From an uncultured Verrucomicrobiae bacterium (GTDB lineage: Bacteria > Chlamydiota > Chlamydiia > Chlamydiales > Rhabdochlamydiaceae), in contig CAWDYW010000001.1 of assembly GCA_963806855.1 (NCBI GenBank), positions 512,001 through 576,000 on the forward strand: a stretch of DNA of 64,000 nt, written 5' to 3'. The notes under the pieces were generated by a model. The model had not been told where the DNA came from and made no database searches. It saw only the letters and a program-made list of their open reading frames with translations. Made by a program: the position numbers and the translations under genes. Shown piece after piece: positions 33,314-43,205 of this stretch (the first letter of the stretch is position 1; every line of letters starts with the position of its first letter).

Positions 33314-33377
33314 AGCTTTTGGTTGAAATTTTTTCTTTGATTACTTATGCTTAGAAAAAAATTATAGGGAGCTCTCC

Positions 33378-34610
33378 ATGAAGAAATTTCAATGCTTTGT
33401 TAAATTCTTAATCCTTCTTTTTCTCACTAGCTCAACCTCCCTGCTCGCTGCGACATTTGTTTATGTAGCAAATGAGGGCACCCCAAGTATTTCTGTCATC
33501 GACCCGACCACTAACCTAGTCGTGGACACGATACTGCTAAACCCGTCTGAAACCCCTGTACAAATTGCAATTCCCCCAGGTGTCCCTAGAGCATATATAT
33601 CAACGGATACTGGTCATGTCATTGTCGTTGATACGAACACTAATCTAGTTATAGATACGATCGTGTTACCATTGTCAGTAGTTTCAGCCGAGGCGATTGC
33701 AGCCACCCCAGATGGCAGCGCGGTCTATGTTACAGCCGTGGATCCAACTTTTTCGTTCTTTTATGTTTTTGCCATCAGCACGAGCACAAACACAGTTACT
33801 GCTACAATCCCCCCCTCAGGCATAGCTACGGCAGCATCGCCGCAGGGAATTGCAATTACCCCAAATGGCCAGTTTGCCTATATCCCAAATCGTACAACTA
33901 GCACAGTTGTCGTCATTGACATTAGTACCAACACCGTTTTCACCACAATCCCTATCCCTGGTATCCCCACAGAGTATGATGTTGCGATAACCCCGGATGG
34001 CAAATTTGCCTATGTAACCCATTTCGCAGCGTCAACTGTAGTGGTTATCTCTACTAGCAGCAACACAGTTGTAAACACAATATCCCTTCCCTATGAACCG
34101 AGCGATATTGTCATTACTCCGGATGGCAAGACGGCCTATATGATAGGTAACGCGGTCTTTATCATGGTACTCGACATCCCTACTAGCACAATTGTTACAT
34201 CAATTCCGGTAGCAAACACAACAGATCTTGCCGTTACTCCGGATGGAAAATTTGTCTATGCCGCGCAATTCGCAGGACAAGTCGCTGTCATTGATACCTC
34301 TACTAATGGAGTCGTAACCACGATCCCGTTGCCGGGAGCCGTCTTTACCGTGGGAATTGCGATAACACCACCTCCACCACCTCCAGCTATACCTCCAGTG
34401 ACTACGGTTGCACCAGCGGCGGCTCAAATCTTAGCGCAGAGTGAACAACTTATTTACAAAACCATGGAAGAAAATTTTGAAAGTCTCCAATATAGTGGAT
34501 TGATGAGTACTACTGAGGGGACTTTTCAAGATCTACAAAAGATCTATATCATTAATGGGGAGACTATGTGGACAAATGAAGTACATCTTACACCTTCGTG
34601 GTGCCCTTGA
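33378..34610 (+). CDS. YncE/YVTN-type beta-propeller protein with signal peptide, Pro-rich linker and C-terminal tail
   Basis: About seven ~42-aa repeats of (P)xxIAITPDGKxAYV...VxVIDTSTNTVVxTI. Confidence 0.85.
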   Translation: MKKFQCFVKFLILLFLTSSTSLLAATFVYVANEGTPSISVIDPTTNLVVDTILLNPSETPVQIAIPPGVPRAYISTDTGHVIVVDTNTNLVIDTIVLPLSVVSAEAIAATPDGSAVYVTAVDPTFSFFYVFAISTSTNTVTATIPPSGIATAASPQGIAITPNGQFAYIPNRTTSTVVVIDISTNTVFTTIPIPGIPTEYDVAITPDGKFAYVTHFAASTVVVISTSSNTVVNTISLPYEPSDIVITPDGKTAYMIGNAVFIMVLDIPTSTIVTSIPVANTTDLAVTPDGKFVYAAQFAGQVAVIDTSTNGVVTTIPLPGAVFTVGIAITPPPPPPAIPPVTTVAPAAAQILAQSEQLIYKTMEENFESLQYSGLMSTTEGTFQDLQKIYIINGETMWTNEVHLTPSWCP

Positions 34611-34645
34611 TTTAGGAATCGTTCAGACGTGAAAAGTTAGGAGAA

Positions 34646-34680
34646 GAAAAAACCCAGGTTTTTTAAAACCTGGGTTTTTC
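34646..34680. terminator. Bidirectional intrinsic terminator
   Basis: GAAAAAACCCAGGTTTT-TT-AAAACCTGGGTTTTTC between convergent genes. Confidence 0.75.
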
Positions 34681-34698
34681 AATTTATATGAGGGCAAA

Positions 34699-35775
34699 TT
34701 AGGCTATTTTTGCCTGATTGAACGCTTCAATTGTTCGCTTAAAGTTGTCTTCGATCTCTTTGAGTCTAGCCTCATGTGCCTTTTTAGATGCTTCGAGTTC
34801 GCCTCTCAGACCCGCACCTCTTTCCTTTAAGCCTTTGAGAGTTCCTAGTTCCTCATCTGAAATCTCGTATTGCAATAATGTATGATTGTTCGGATTACGG
34901 AGCTTGTCCACATTTTCCAATTCAGCGTGTAGCCATTCACCTTGTTTTTTCGATTCGAATTGGACTTGTCTTAGTGCTGTCTCATACGCATCTAAATGCT
35001 CTTTACGCTCTTTGGCGAAGTCATCATTAGCTGCTCTCATTTGCTCATCTCTAGCGCGATGAGCTTCTTTGTAGGCTGTAAAAAGCTGTAGCGTATCCTT
35101 GGATAAGAGCCCGTATTGGATTAATTGCTCGACAGGATATTCTCCAAAAATCTCGCTGTTGGATTTGCTTTCAATTTCGCTTAGGAATCTTGGTAGGCAG
35201 GCACTTGGTTGGGGGATGACGATTTGGACGGTTTTCCCCTGCGCCGCGCAATTATCTCGGCACGCTTTTAGGGTTTCGTAGGCCCCAATCAGTGTCCCAT
35301 CGCGGAAGGTGCATTTCTGGACATGGGCATCGTAAAGTTTATTGAAAGCGTCTTGGGCAGGGATTCCATATTGGAACATGTTATCCCAACCATGCTCTTT
35401 TGCAGTCTCTTCTAGACGTTGCCTTGAGGCTTGATGCCGATAATTTTGCAGCTCTGTGGGATCGGCATAATCTTTCATCCGGGTAATTTTCCAGATAAGC
35501 AAGCCGCCAGCTGCCAAAGTTGGGAGGGCAAGGAGTACCGAGGGGGCGGAACCGATCACGAGAGCTATGTATCCGATTGAGACCGCGATGATGGCGATGA
35601 TGCCGTAGAAGATTTTTTGCATTTTGACATCTGTCATCGAAGGCGATAGGACAGCGGCGACATTTGGCATGGTGGGGTGGGGTTGTTGGGTCTTAGATGG
35701 GGTTGCCTCATCATATACTAAGGGTACTGATTCATAGAGAGATTGTGCGGGTGCTGGCGTTACGGGTGTTTCCAT
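34699..35775 (-). CDS. Inc-like protein (bilobed hydrophobic domain plus C-terminal coiled coil)
   Basis: ~45-aa hydrophobic hairpin IFYGIIAIIAV...AAGGLLIWKI after a P/T-rich N-terminus; charged helical C-terminus. Confidence 0.65.
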   Translation of the reverse strand: METPVTPAPAQSLYESVPLVYDEATPSKTQQPHPTMPNVAAVLSPSMTDVKMQKIFYGIIAIIAVSIGYIALVIGSAPSVLLALPTLAAGGLLIWKITRMKDYADPTELQNYRHQASRQRLEETAKEHGWDNMFQYGIPAQDAFNKLYDAHVQKCTFRDGTLIGAYETLKACRDNCAAQGKTVQIVIPQPSACLPRFLSEIESKSNSEIFGEYPVEQLIQYGLLSKDTLQLFTAYKEAHRARDEQMRAANDDFAKERKEHLDAYETALRQVQFESKKQGEWLHAELENVDKLRNPNNHTLLQYEISDEELGTLKGLKERGAGLRGELEASKKAHEARLKEIEDNFKRTIEAFNQAKIA

Positions 35776-35848
35776 AGGGGCCTCCTTTTTTTGGGAATGG
35801 ATTATATTATAGCTTCTGATTAATTGGCAAAGATGTTATTTGGGGCCT

Positions 35849-36379
35849 ATGGAGCTAAGTTCTCAAGTATGGTCGGCAATTATTCCATCAGCGGTTGTCC
35901 CGGTGGTCATTATATCGGCATGCGGGCTCCTCTGCTTAACTTTCTATAACCGTTTGGCGTTCATTGTCACTCGGCTTAGGACGCTGCAAAGGGAGAGGCT
36001 AGCCGAATATAAAGAGCTATTTCGGCTGGAGGAAACCCATAAAAGCAAAATCTCCAGGCAAGAAACGGAGCATTTCCTCCATTTCCTCGAGCATCAAACT
36101 GCCGATGTGCTTAAACGGGCTCTGTATTTGCGCAATTGTCTTTTTTGTCTGATTTTGTCGATTTTTTCTTTGATCATCACTTCGCTGACGATTGGGCTAA
36201 GCCTGATCTATCCTGCTCTCGAGTTCGTTGTGCTGCTCTTTTTTGTTGTGGGCCTTCTATTGCTGCTCTATGGTCTCTTTTTCGCTTTAAAGGAGATCCT
36301 CATCTCACTGAAGCCGATTCAGATGGAGAGTGAGTTTGTTCAACGTTTAATCAAAAATGAGATGGGTATCTCTCGCTGA
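35849..36379 (+). CDS. DUF2721-family membrane protein
   Basis: SAVVPVVIISACGLLCLTFYNRLAFIVTRLR and three TM segments. Confidence 0.7.
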   Translation: MELSSQVWSAIIPSAVVPVVIISACGLLCLTFYNRLAFIVTRLRTLQRERLAEYKELFRLEETHKSKISRQETEHFLHFLEHQTADVLKRALYLRNCLFCLILSIFSLIITSLTIGLSLIYPALEFVVLLFFVVGLLLLLYGLFFALKEILISLKPIQMESEFVQRLIKNEMGISR

Positions 36380-36564
36380 GCCAGGGTGTATCAGGAGAGG
36401 AATAAGCAAAAGAAGCAGCCATTTTTCTCTCTGCATGTGTCGAAGTTTATCAAATATAGCATAAAAATGTTGCAGAATAATCTAAGAAGAAGATATGGAA
36501 GTGTGTAGAACAAATTTTATTTGGGACCTTGGTACCCGAGTAACACAAAATCAGGAGATAAAAA

Positions 36565-36828
36565 ATGTCTTTAAAAACAACTGTAGAACATATGAAGAAG
36601 CTTTTGCACGAGATCGCTCATGATCTCGAGAAGTCATTCAAAGGCAATAAAGCAGCAGCTCAAAGAGTGCGTACACGCACAATTAAGTTTGCGAAAATTG
36701 CAAAAGAATACCGCAAAGAGTCGATCGCCGAAGGCAGAAAAGGTGGCGCCAAAAAGAAACCTGCTGCGAAAAAAGCAAAAGCTGCTCCAAAAAAGAAAGT
36801 GGCTGCGAAAAAAGCAAAACGCAGATAA
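36565..36828 (+). CDS. hctA: Histone H1-like protein Hc1
   Basis: DLEKSFKGNKAAAQRVRTRTIKFAKIAKEYRKESI plus a K/A-rich tail; chlamydial gene order with rlmD and yajC. Confidence 0.93.
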   Translation: MSLKTTVEHMKKLLHEIAHDLEKSFKGNKAAAQRVRTRTIKFAKIAKEYRKESIAEGRKGGAKKKPAAKKAKAAPKKKVAAKKAKRR

Positions 36829-36854
36829 GAGCAATTAAAATTTTTTTATGTGCG

Positions 36855-36882
36855 AAGGGGCCAATTTTGGCCCCTTTTTTTT
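36855..36882 (+). terminator. hctA terminator
   Basis: AAGGGGCCAA-TT-TTGGCCCCTT followed by a T tract. Confidence 0.8.
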
Positions 36883-36904
36883 ATCCTCAGATCAGGTATG
36901 ATTT

Positions 36905-37073
36905 TATACCTCGCACGGTCCAAAATGGTGAATTTGGAGCCGCGCGAAAGCTCCCGGGGTTGAAGTCGCAGAAAGGGGGCCATATTAGAATTAATATTGT
37001 CCCCTTTCTGCGACTTCAACCGCGGGGCTTTGGCGCGTTCCAAATTTCACCATTTTGGACGGTGTGGGGTATA
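36905..37073. mobile_element. Diverged full-length (169 bp) family A palindromic element
   Basis: TATACCTCGCACGGTCCAAAATGGTGAATTTGGA ... TCCAAATTTCACCATTTTGGACGGTGTGGGGTATA; same architecture as the 23412 copy, opposite orientation, different inner stem. Confidence 0.8.
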
Positions 37074-37076
37074 CCT

Positions 37077-38432
37077 GTGGATTGTGAAAAAATTGTTTCG
37101 ACAGATCGTTTTTCTCCTAAAGGAAGGGCTCTTAGTGGAAATTGTGAGATCGTTGGGGCTCTGCCTGGCGAAGAGGTGTCAATAGCACCAGGAGGACGCA
37201 GGAAGGGCTTTTTGCGTCAGGTGCTCAAACCCTCTCCCGACCGGACCCTCCCTCGTTGCTCTCATGTTCCTCAGTGCGGTGGATGTGCATTGCAGCAATT
37301 AGACTACGCGGCACAGTTGAGGCTTAAGCAGGAGATTGTGGAGAGGGAGTTTGGCGAGCCTGCCCAACCGATTATTGGCTGCGCTAATCCGTGGCGCTAT
37401 CGGAATAAAATGGAATTTTCCTTTTCACAAGATCGCTCTGGAGAGAAGTTCCTGGGGCTGATGCTTGCGGGTTCGAGGGGGCGGGTCCTCAATTTGATGG
37501 AGTGTCACCTTGTCTCAGAGTGGTTCTCGGAGGTGCTCGCAGGGGTGCGGCAGTGGTGGAATGGAGCTGCGGATCTCAGAGCCTACCGACATGCCGCTGA
37601 CGAGGGGCATCTGCGGACGCTCACGCTGCGCGAGGCTAAGAAAGGAAAGGGGAAAATGGTGATGCTGACGGTGTCGGGCAATCCAGACTTCGCGCTGAAA
37701 CGGCAGTGGATCGACACGTTCGTTGAGACAATCAAAAAATTGACGCCAGATCCACACCTGAGTATTTTTTTGCAGATCCAGCAGATTGGCAAAGGGCGTC
37801 CGACTCAGTTTTTCGAGATGCTCCTTTCTGGTCCAGACCACATCACTGAAACGCTCCAAATTGAAGCTTTTGGAGAGAAGCACCGATTGGACTTTAAAAT
37901 TAGTCCAACATCGTTTTTTCAGCCGAATACGGCTCAAGCTGAAGTACTCTATTCGGTCGGACTGCAAGCTCTTTCTGATCTATCTGGAGCGCGGGTTTTC
38001 GACCTCTACTGCGGCGGCGCGACGATCGGCCTTTCGGCTGCAAAATATGCTAAAGAGGTGGTGGGGATTGAACTCAACCACCATTCGGTCTTTGACGCGG
38101 GCTGGAATCAAGAGGTGAATCAGATTCAAAACTTTTCTATCCATCGTGGCGATGTGGGCGCGGTACTGGAGAAATTGCGGCAAGAGCCGGGATTTGAGCC
38201 CCCTGATGTTGTGATTGTCGATCCTCCCCGAGCAGGATTAGATGAGAAGGCTTTGGGCCATCTGATAGAATTTGCCCCCAAAAAGATCCTTTACATCTCC
38301 TGCAACCCAAAAACGCAAAGTCAGAATGTGAAAGCCCTTTGCCTTGCGGGGTATACTCTCAAGCTGATTCAGCCCGTCGATCAGTTCCCGCATACTATCC
38401 ACATTGAAAATATTTGCCTCCTTGAGAGATAA
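37077..38432 (+). CDS. rlmD: 23S rRNA (uracil-C5)-methyltransferase, RlmD/TrmA family
   Basis: Motifs CSHVPQCGGC, YRNKMEFSF, SFFQPN, DLYCG, VDPPRAG, YISCNP and DQFPHT. Probable start GTG 37077, since the ORF-track start lies inside the hctA terminator. Confidence 0.88.
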   Translation: MDCEKIVSTDRFSPKGRALSGNCEIVGALPGEEVSIAPGGRRKGFLRQVLKPSPDRTLPRCSHVPQCGGCALQQLDYAAQLRLKQEIVEREFGEPAQPIIGCANPWRYRNKMEFSFSQDRSGEKFLGLMLAGSRGRVLNLMECHLVSEWFSEVLAGVRQWWNGAADLRAYRHAADEGHLRTLTLREAKKGKGKMVMLTVSGNPDFALKRQWIDTFVETIKKLTPDPHLSIFLQIQQIGKGRPTQFFEMLLSGPDHITETLQIEAFGEKHRLDFKISPTSFFQPNTAQAEVLYSVGLQALSDLSGARVFDLYCGGATIGLSAAKYAKEVVGIELNHHSVFDAGWNQEVNQIQNFSIHRGDVGAVLEKLRQEPGFEPPDVVIVDPPRAGLDEKALGHLIEFAPKKILYISCNPKTQSQNVKALCLAGYTLKLIQPVDQFPHTIHIENICLLER

Positions 38433-38464
38433 TGAACATATTTCAAAGAACCTGAGGTTATTAA

Positions 38465-38824
38465 ATGAAAAAATTACTTACACTTTTACCCCTACTCTCC
38501 ACTGCATCCCTTTTCGCCCAAGGGACGCCGCAAGCTAAAGAATCGAACTGGATGCAGACGGCCATTTTTGCTGTAGTCGGTATCGTGTTCTTTTACTTCA
38601 TCCTATGGAGACCCGAAAAGAAACGTCGCCAAGCTATGGAAAAGCAAAGAGAGTCGATGAAGCACGGTGATAAAGTGACAGCGATGGGAATCGTCGGAAC
38701 GATCGATAAAATTCAAGACCGCACTGTGATCTTGAAAATGGTCGACGGTTCAAAAATCGAAGTGCTCAAAGGGGCAATCTCTGAAGTCGTGGCTGCAGGC
38801 GAAGAGCCTAAAGAAGTAAAATAA
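38465..38824 (+). CDS. yajC: Preprotein translocase subunit YajC
   Basis: FFYFILWRPEKKRRQ...GDKVTAMGIVGT. Confidence 0.92.
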   Translation: MKKLLTLLPLLSTASLFAQGTPQAKESNWMQTAIFAVVGIVFFYFILWRPEKKRRQAMEKQRESMKHGDKVTAMGIVGTIDKIQDRTVILKMVDGSKIEVLKGAISEVVAAGEEPKEVK

Positions 38825-38862
38825 GTTAAGATATCAGTATAATATAAGCGCAATGGAGTGGT

Positions 38863-40059
38863 CTATTGCGCTTTTTTTTGGATACTTTTAGTGGTGCGGT
38901 GCTCGCTGCCATAAATTTTAGTAGCTAATTTAAGAGCCTGCGCCCAGTGATCTTTAGCCCTATCGTATTGCTCTAATTTTTCATAGCAAGCAGCAAGATG
39001 TCCATGGCAGTCGATCAGGAGGGGGTGGTCCTCATTGGAAAGTAGGATTAGGGTAGTGAGAGCTTGTTCATGCAATTCTATGGCGGCCCTATAAGATTGA
39101 TCATAAAAATAACAGAGCCCTTTATTATCTAAAATTTCTACTTCCGCCGCAAGTAAATCCCTTTCATTCACTTTGGTCAATAATTGAGCAGCTTGATCGT
39201 TTAAAGTTAAGGCTCGGGCTAAATTTCCTTTACAAGCGTAACACAATGCAATCGGCTTCAGTAGTTCGATCTCCTCCAGACTAGTGCATCCCGGGGTCTC
39301 TGCGAAGAGGTGAAAGGCCTGCTCCAAATAAAAGAGAGCAGTTTCAGGATTATTTAGGTTGAAATAGCAGCTGGCTAAATTGCGCCAAGTGTCTCTAATT
39401 TGATTGCCAGCTCCTTCCGTAAATACACGGTTAGCGACTTTTAAAGCTTCTAAATACATTTCGATCGCATGGCTAAAATTATCTTCTAAGAAATAGCGAT
39501 TCCCTAGACTGAAAAAACTGGCCCAAAGAGGCGTTTCGACTCTCAGCTGGGGCAAAGTTAGGAGTTTTTTTATCGCGTCGATTTGGTGTTCTCGGACAGC
39601 GACCTCGAGGGGTGTTTCATGAGCCTGATTTCTTTTAATGGCGGAGGTGGAGGAATACAGGAGTTCGATGGCTGGGAGATCTCCGATGCGGGCTGCATGG
39701 TGTAACGGGGTATTATCTGTTGCATCGAGTCGAGCCAAAGCGATCTTGCGGGTCACAAGCGCTAACGTCAATTCGGGGTCATAAGGCTCTAATTCTAGTG
39801 CTCGGATGAGAAGGGATCGCCCCTTTCGATCGGTGAGTTGGCACAGCTCCTTACTGCAGGGCGCCAACCGTGTCCATTCCCTTTTCTGAAGGGATTGAAA
39901 AACCGCTTCAAAGCATTCGAATTGTTGCTCTTCAAGAGATAAAGTGGGTTTCGGGCAGAGGCCAAAAACCTTCGTCACTTTGGCAAGGAGATCAGGCAAT
40001 GGGATAGGAGGGGGTGGTTGGATAGTCGGAGTTTCAGATGCTCTTCGTAAGACTCGCAT
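38863..40059 (-). CDS. Ankyrin + TPR repeat protein
   Basis: Ankyrin motifs NTPLHHAA and ETPLEVAV, then kinesin-light-chain-like TPRs (...KIYGSEHRTT). Confidence 0.8.
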   Translation of the reverse strand: MRVLRRASETPTIQPPPPIPLPDLLAKVTKVFGLCPKPTLSLEEQQFECFEAVFQSLQKREWTRLAPCSKELCQLTDRKGRSLLIRALELEPYDPELTLALVTRKIALARLDATDNTPLHHAARIGDLPAIELLYSSTSAIKRNQAHETPLEVAVREHQIDAIKKLLTLPQLRVETPLWASFFSLGNRYFLEDNFSHAIEMYLEALKVANRVFTEGAGNQIRDTWRNLASCYFNLNNPETALFYLEQAFHLFAETPGCTSLEEIELLKPIALCYACKGNLARALTLNDQAAQLLTKVNERDLLAAEVEILDNKGLCYFYDQSYRAAIELHEQALTTLILLSNEDHPLLIDCHGHLAACYEKLEQYDRAKDHWAQALKLATKIYGSEHRTTKSIQKKAQ

Positions 40060-40118
40060 GGGAATTTTCCTTGTTGCAAAGCAGAGGATATTACATATTA
40101 TGGTAATTTAAGGAAAGT

Positions 40119-41318
40119 ATGTTTCGAGCCGTATTTATTAGCTTATTATTCATTTTTTCACACGGATGGGGTCAAGATCCACCAGTTCTTTATCTCACAT
40201 GGAAGGGGGATCCTGCCCGGACGATGACTCTCAATTGGCGAGAGGGGGAAACGGTCTATTATAAGCCCAGTGATATAGCGGAGTGGCAATCGCAAAAGGG
40301 ACAAACTGTTTCTATCGATCGTCTTACCCTCCATCGGGCAGAATTAACAGGTCTTGAGCCCGATACAACGTATCTCTTCCGCATTGATGACGGGGCGGTG
40401 CACAAGTTCCGTACAATGCCAGAAAAGCTCGACCGGCCGCTGAAAGTTGCAATTGGGGGTGATGCCTATTTTACTCCCGAGATCAATGAGCAGATGAACA
40501 GGCAGGTAGCCAGCCGCGACCCCGATTTTGTCATCCTCGCAGGGGATATCGCCTATACCGAAGGGATCAAGTGCGCCTTGCGGACGCGCGCTTGGAAAAT
40601 TGAGCGGTGGCAACAGTTTTTCAGGGCATGGAGTCGCGATATGGTGACTCAGGATGGGCGGCTCATTCCAATCATGCCTGTCATTGGCAACCACGATATC
40701 CGGGAAGGATTTGATTGTCCTTTTCGGGAGCAGGTCTTTTTCTATCAGTTTTTCGCGTTTCCCGTCCCTGGCGTCCCTTATCGGGTGATGAAGGTTGGGC
40801 AGGAGCTCTGCTTCTATCTGCTCGACTCGGGCCATTCTTTCCCGATCGGCGGCGCACAAACAGAGTGGCTCGAGAAGAGCTTTAACGACAACAGCGGCGC
40901 CCTCTTTCATATTCCGGTCTATCACATCGCCGCCTATCCGACCGAGACCTCTTTTACCCATCGGGGCGCCAAGGATATCCGAAAATTCTGGATACCCCTT
41001 TTTGAGAAATATGGGGTGAAAGCCTCAATGGAGCATGACAACCATACCTTCAAGCGCACTTACCCGATCAAAGAGGGGAAGATCGATCCGGAGGGGATCT
41101 ATTATCTGGGAGATGGGGCCTGGGGCGTACCACCCTTAAAGCCTCAACGCCACTGGTACTTGGCCAAAGCGCTGCAGAGCAATTGCTATTGGCTTGCGAC
41201 AGTGACCCCTTCCAAATGTCACTTTCAAGCGTATAATCTCAAAGGGGAATTGCTCGATGAACTTGAGATTGCCCCGTTGAGTCTATCCAGCGATCATCAT
41301 AGTGATCATATAAAATAG
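40119..41318 (+). CDS. Exported purple acid phosphatase-like metallophosphoesterase
   Basis: Signal peptide, FN3-like LTGLEPDTTY, and motifs GGD, GDIAY, GNHD and EHDNH. Confidence 0.85.
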   Translation: MFRAVFISLLFIFSHGWGQDPPVLYLTWKGDPARTMTLNWREGETVYYKPSDIAEWQSQKGQTVSIDRLTLHRAELTGLEPDTTYLFRIDDGAVHKFRTMPEKLDRPLKVAIGGDAYFTPEINEQMNRQVASRDPDFVILAGDIAYTEGIKCALRTRAWKIERWQQFFRAWSRDMVTQDGRLIPIMPVIGNHDIREGFDCPFREQVFFYQFFAFPVPGVPYRVMKVGQELCFYLLDSGHSFPIGGAQTEWLEKSFNDNSGALFHIPVYHIAAYPTETSFTHRGAKDIRKFWIPLFEKYGVKASMEHDNHTFKRTYPIKEGKIDPEGIYYLGDGAWGVPPLKPQRHWYLAKALQSNCYWLATVTPSKCHFQAYNLKGELLDELEIAPLSLSSDHHSDHIK

Positions 41319-41927
41319 AAATACGCCGACAAAAGCCACGATTCCGAGAATTACAGATGCAATTAAAACATTGAGAAGGGCTTTCCATGCAGAAAATCCC
41401 TGAACTTCTCCAAGCCCTTTGACTAGGATGATAACCGACCAAATGATCAGGGCGAGTTGAATAATCAAAAGTCCAAGTGTAGAAAATAATAATCTGGAGC
41501 TAAGGCCTTCTTGTGGAAAGTCAGCCATGAAGACCCCTTCACGGAAAAGGTAAATTAGGATTGCCCAAATGATAATTTCGAAGATATTAGGGACAGATGA
41601 CCAGGCAAGTGCTGCGCGGATAGGATAGAAAGTGGATTTACCCCTGAGCCATTTACCTGTCCAGAGGATCAGGCCGCTCAAAATTGTAATTGTTAACATT
41701 CCTGCAAATGTTGCTAGGACAAATGCACCGATGACGATTCCTGCCGCTGTGGTTCTTTGCCCGAAGGAAAAATTTTGCGCCCAATAAAACAACATGGGCA
41801 ATCCGTATAGAAATGAGAGGAGGATAAAGCGGAATTTTGGATTGAAATTAACAATCTTTCGAATTGTTTCTCGCGGATGTGTCCAAATGTGTGTCCATGG
41901 ATTCATCCCTGCTATCTTATCCGACAT
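41283..41927 (-). CDS. Yip1-family membrane protein
   Basis: NPWTHIWTHPRETIR, ALAWSSVP and EVQGFSAWKAL; five TM segments. Confidence 0.8.
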   Translation of the reverse strand: MSDKIAGMNPWTHIWTHPRETIRKIVNFNPKFRFILLSFLYGLPMLFYWAQNFSFGQRTTAAGIVIGAFVLATFAGMLTITILSGLILWTGKWLRGKSTFYPIRAALAWSSVPNIFEIIIWAILIYLFREGVFMADFPQEGLSSRLLFSTLGLLIIQLALIIWSVIILVKGLGEVQGFSAWKALLNVLIASVILGIVAFVGVFLFYMITMMIAG

Positions 41928-42089
41928 TCTAAACTCCCTAGATTATTTCTCTATCTAAATTAATTATAGATTTTACTTTTTAAATTTATCAAATGAAAAA
42001 TGTTGGGAATCCCGAGCCTGGAGTGCATTCAAAATTCAAAAAAAAATTTGAGTATTGCAGTTTTTTCTCGATTTGGTATATTCGCGTTC

Positions 42090-43205
42090 ATGTTCACAGC
42101 AATCTTAAAGCGCAATTCTTGGCTCATCTACAAATGCGGGATGCCGCTTGTCTATCTTTACCATTTATTGCTCGGCAATGTCTTCCTCAATACTGCCGCA
42201 GATGATGCTCAAGGAGTGGAGCGACTTGCCAATATCGCGCTCATGCCTGTCCAATATTTGCTTGAAGGCAAACGGGCCATCCCTGTGGTCGATGGGGAAG
42301 GGAATGTGGTCTATCAGATAGAGCGGCGCTTCGATTACGAGCACCATTTCTATTTAAAGACTGCCGTCGCGACAACTGCCCTGCCGGTGAGTGTGGTGGT
42401 GGGGAGCGCGTTGAAAACCCTCTCTTATGCCTTTCCAGAGACCCGCAGTCGTGCAAAAAATATCGGTTACGCTCTTCATGCCGGGGATGTCGGCTCCAGT
42501 TTCAACTATTATCAATCGATTGGGCTGCAGGTAAATGACTATCGCGTGGCCGAGCATATTGCCCCTCCGAAATGGCAGCGGAGGCCGAGGAGCGAAAATC
42601 CTCTGAAAGCCGACATTGAGGCGCTCAAAGAGGTCATCACTCTCTTAACTGAGAATCAGATTTCATTTTGGATCGATCGGGGCTCTTGTTTGGGGACTTA
42701 TCAATATGGGGGATCGATTCCAAGCGATTGGGATGTCGATATCGCTGTCCTGCAGCCAGATTTTCATGCTGTGAAGAATGCCCTCCATGCACTCGATCCA
42801 AAAAAATATGTTGTTCAAGATTGGTCTGGACGTGAGCGGCCCGAATCGTATCTGAAGGTATTTGTACGGGAGTCGGGCGGGCTGATCGATATTTTCCACT
42901 TTGCCATTGATGCGGAAAATGAGCAGCTTTATACCCTCTTTTCGAATCAGGCGAACATCTTCGCCCCAGAGTCGTGGATGACAAGGGAAAGAAGGTACAC
43001 GGCTCCAATGCCGTATGAATATGTTTTCCCTCTGAAAATGGGCTCCTATGAGGGGATTTCAGTTCCGGTCCCCGGGCAGATCGAGAAGTATCTCCAGGTC
43101 TTTTATGGGGAGAATCTCGCTCCTGCTTGGCTTTATAGTGAAGTGACTGGCAATTACGAAAAAGACCCCAATCACCCCTACTGGCAATTGCCAAGCGCGC
43201 ATTAG
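42090..43205 (+). CDS. LicD-family nucleotidyltransferase-fold protein
   Basis: WIDRGSCLG...IPSDWDVDIAV, IDIF, VFPL and YLQVFYG; probable start ATG 42090. Confidence 0.8.
   Translation: MFTAILKRNSWLIYKCGMPLVYLYHLLLGNVFLNTAADDAQGVERLANIALMPVQYLLEGKRAIPVVDGEGNVVYQIERRFDYEHHFYLKTAVATTALPVSVVVGSALKTLSYAFPETRSRAKNIGYALHAGDVGSSFNYYQSIGLQVNDYRVAEHIAPPKWQRRPRSENPLKADIEALKEVITLLTENQISFWIDRGSCLGTYQYGGSIPSDWDVDIAVLQPDFHAVKNALHALDPKKYVVQDWSGRERPESYLKVFVRESGGLIDIFHFAIDAENEQLYTLFSNQANIFAPESWMTRERRYTAPMPYEYVFPLKMGSYEGISVPVPGQIEKYLQVFYGENLAPAWLYSEVTGNYEKDPNHPYWQLPSAH

Noticed and set aside
36867..37076. 70-aa N-terminal extension of RlmD in the ORF track
   Set aside because: The TTG start lies inside the hctA terminator and the extension is mostly palindrome; GTG 37077 fits the family N-terminus better.
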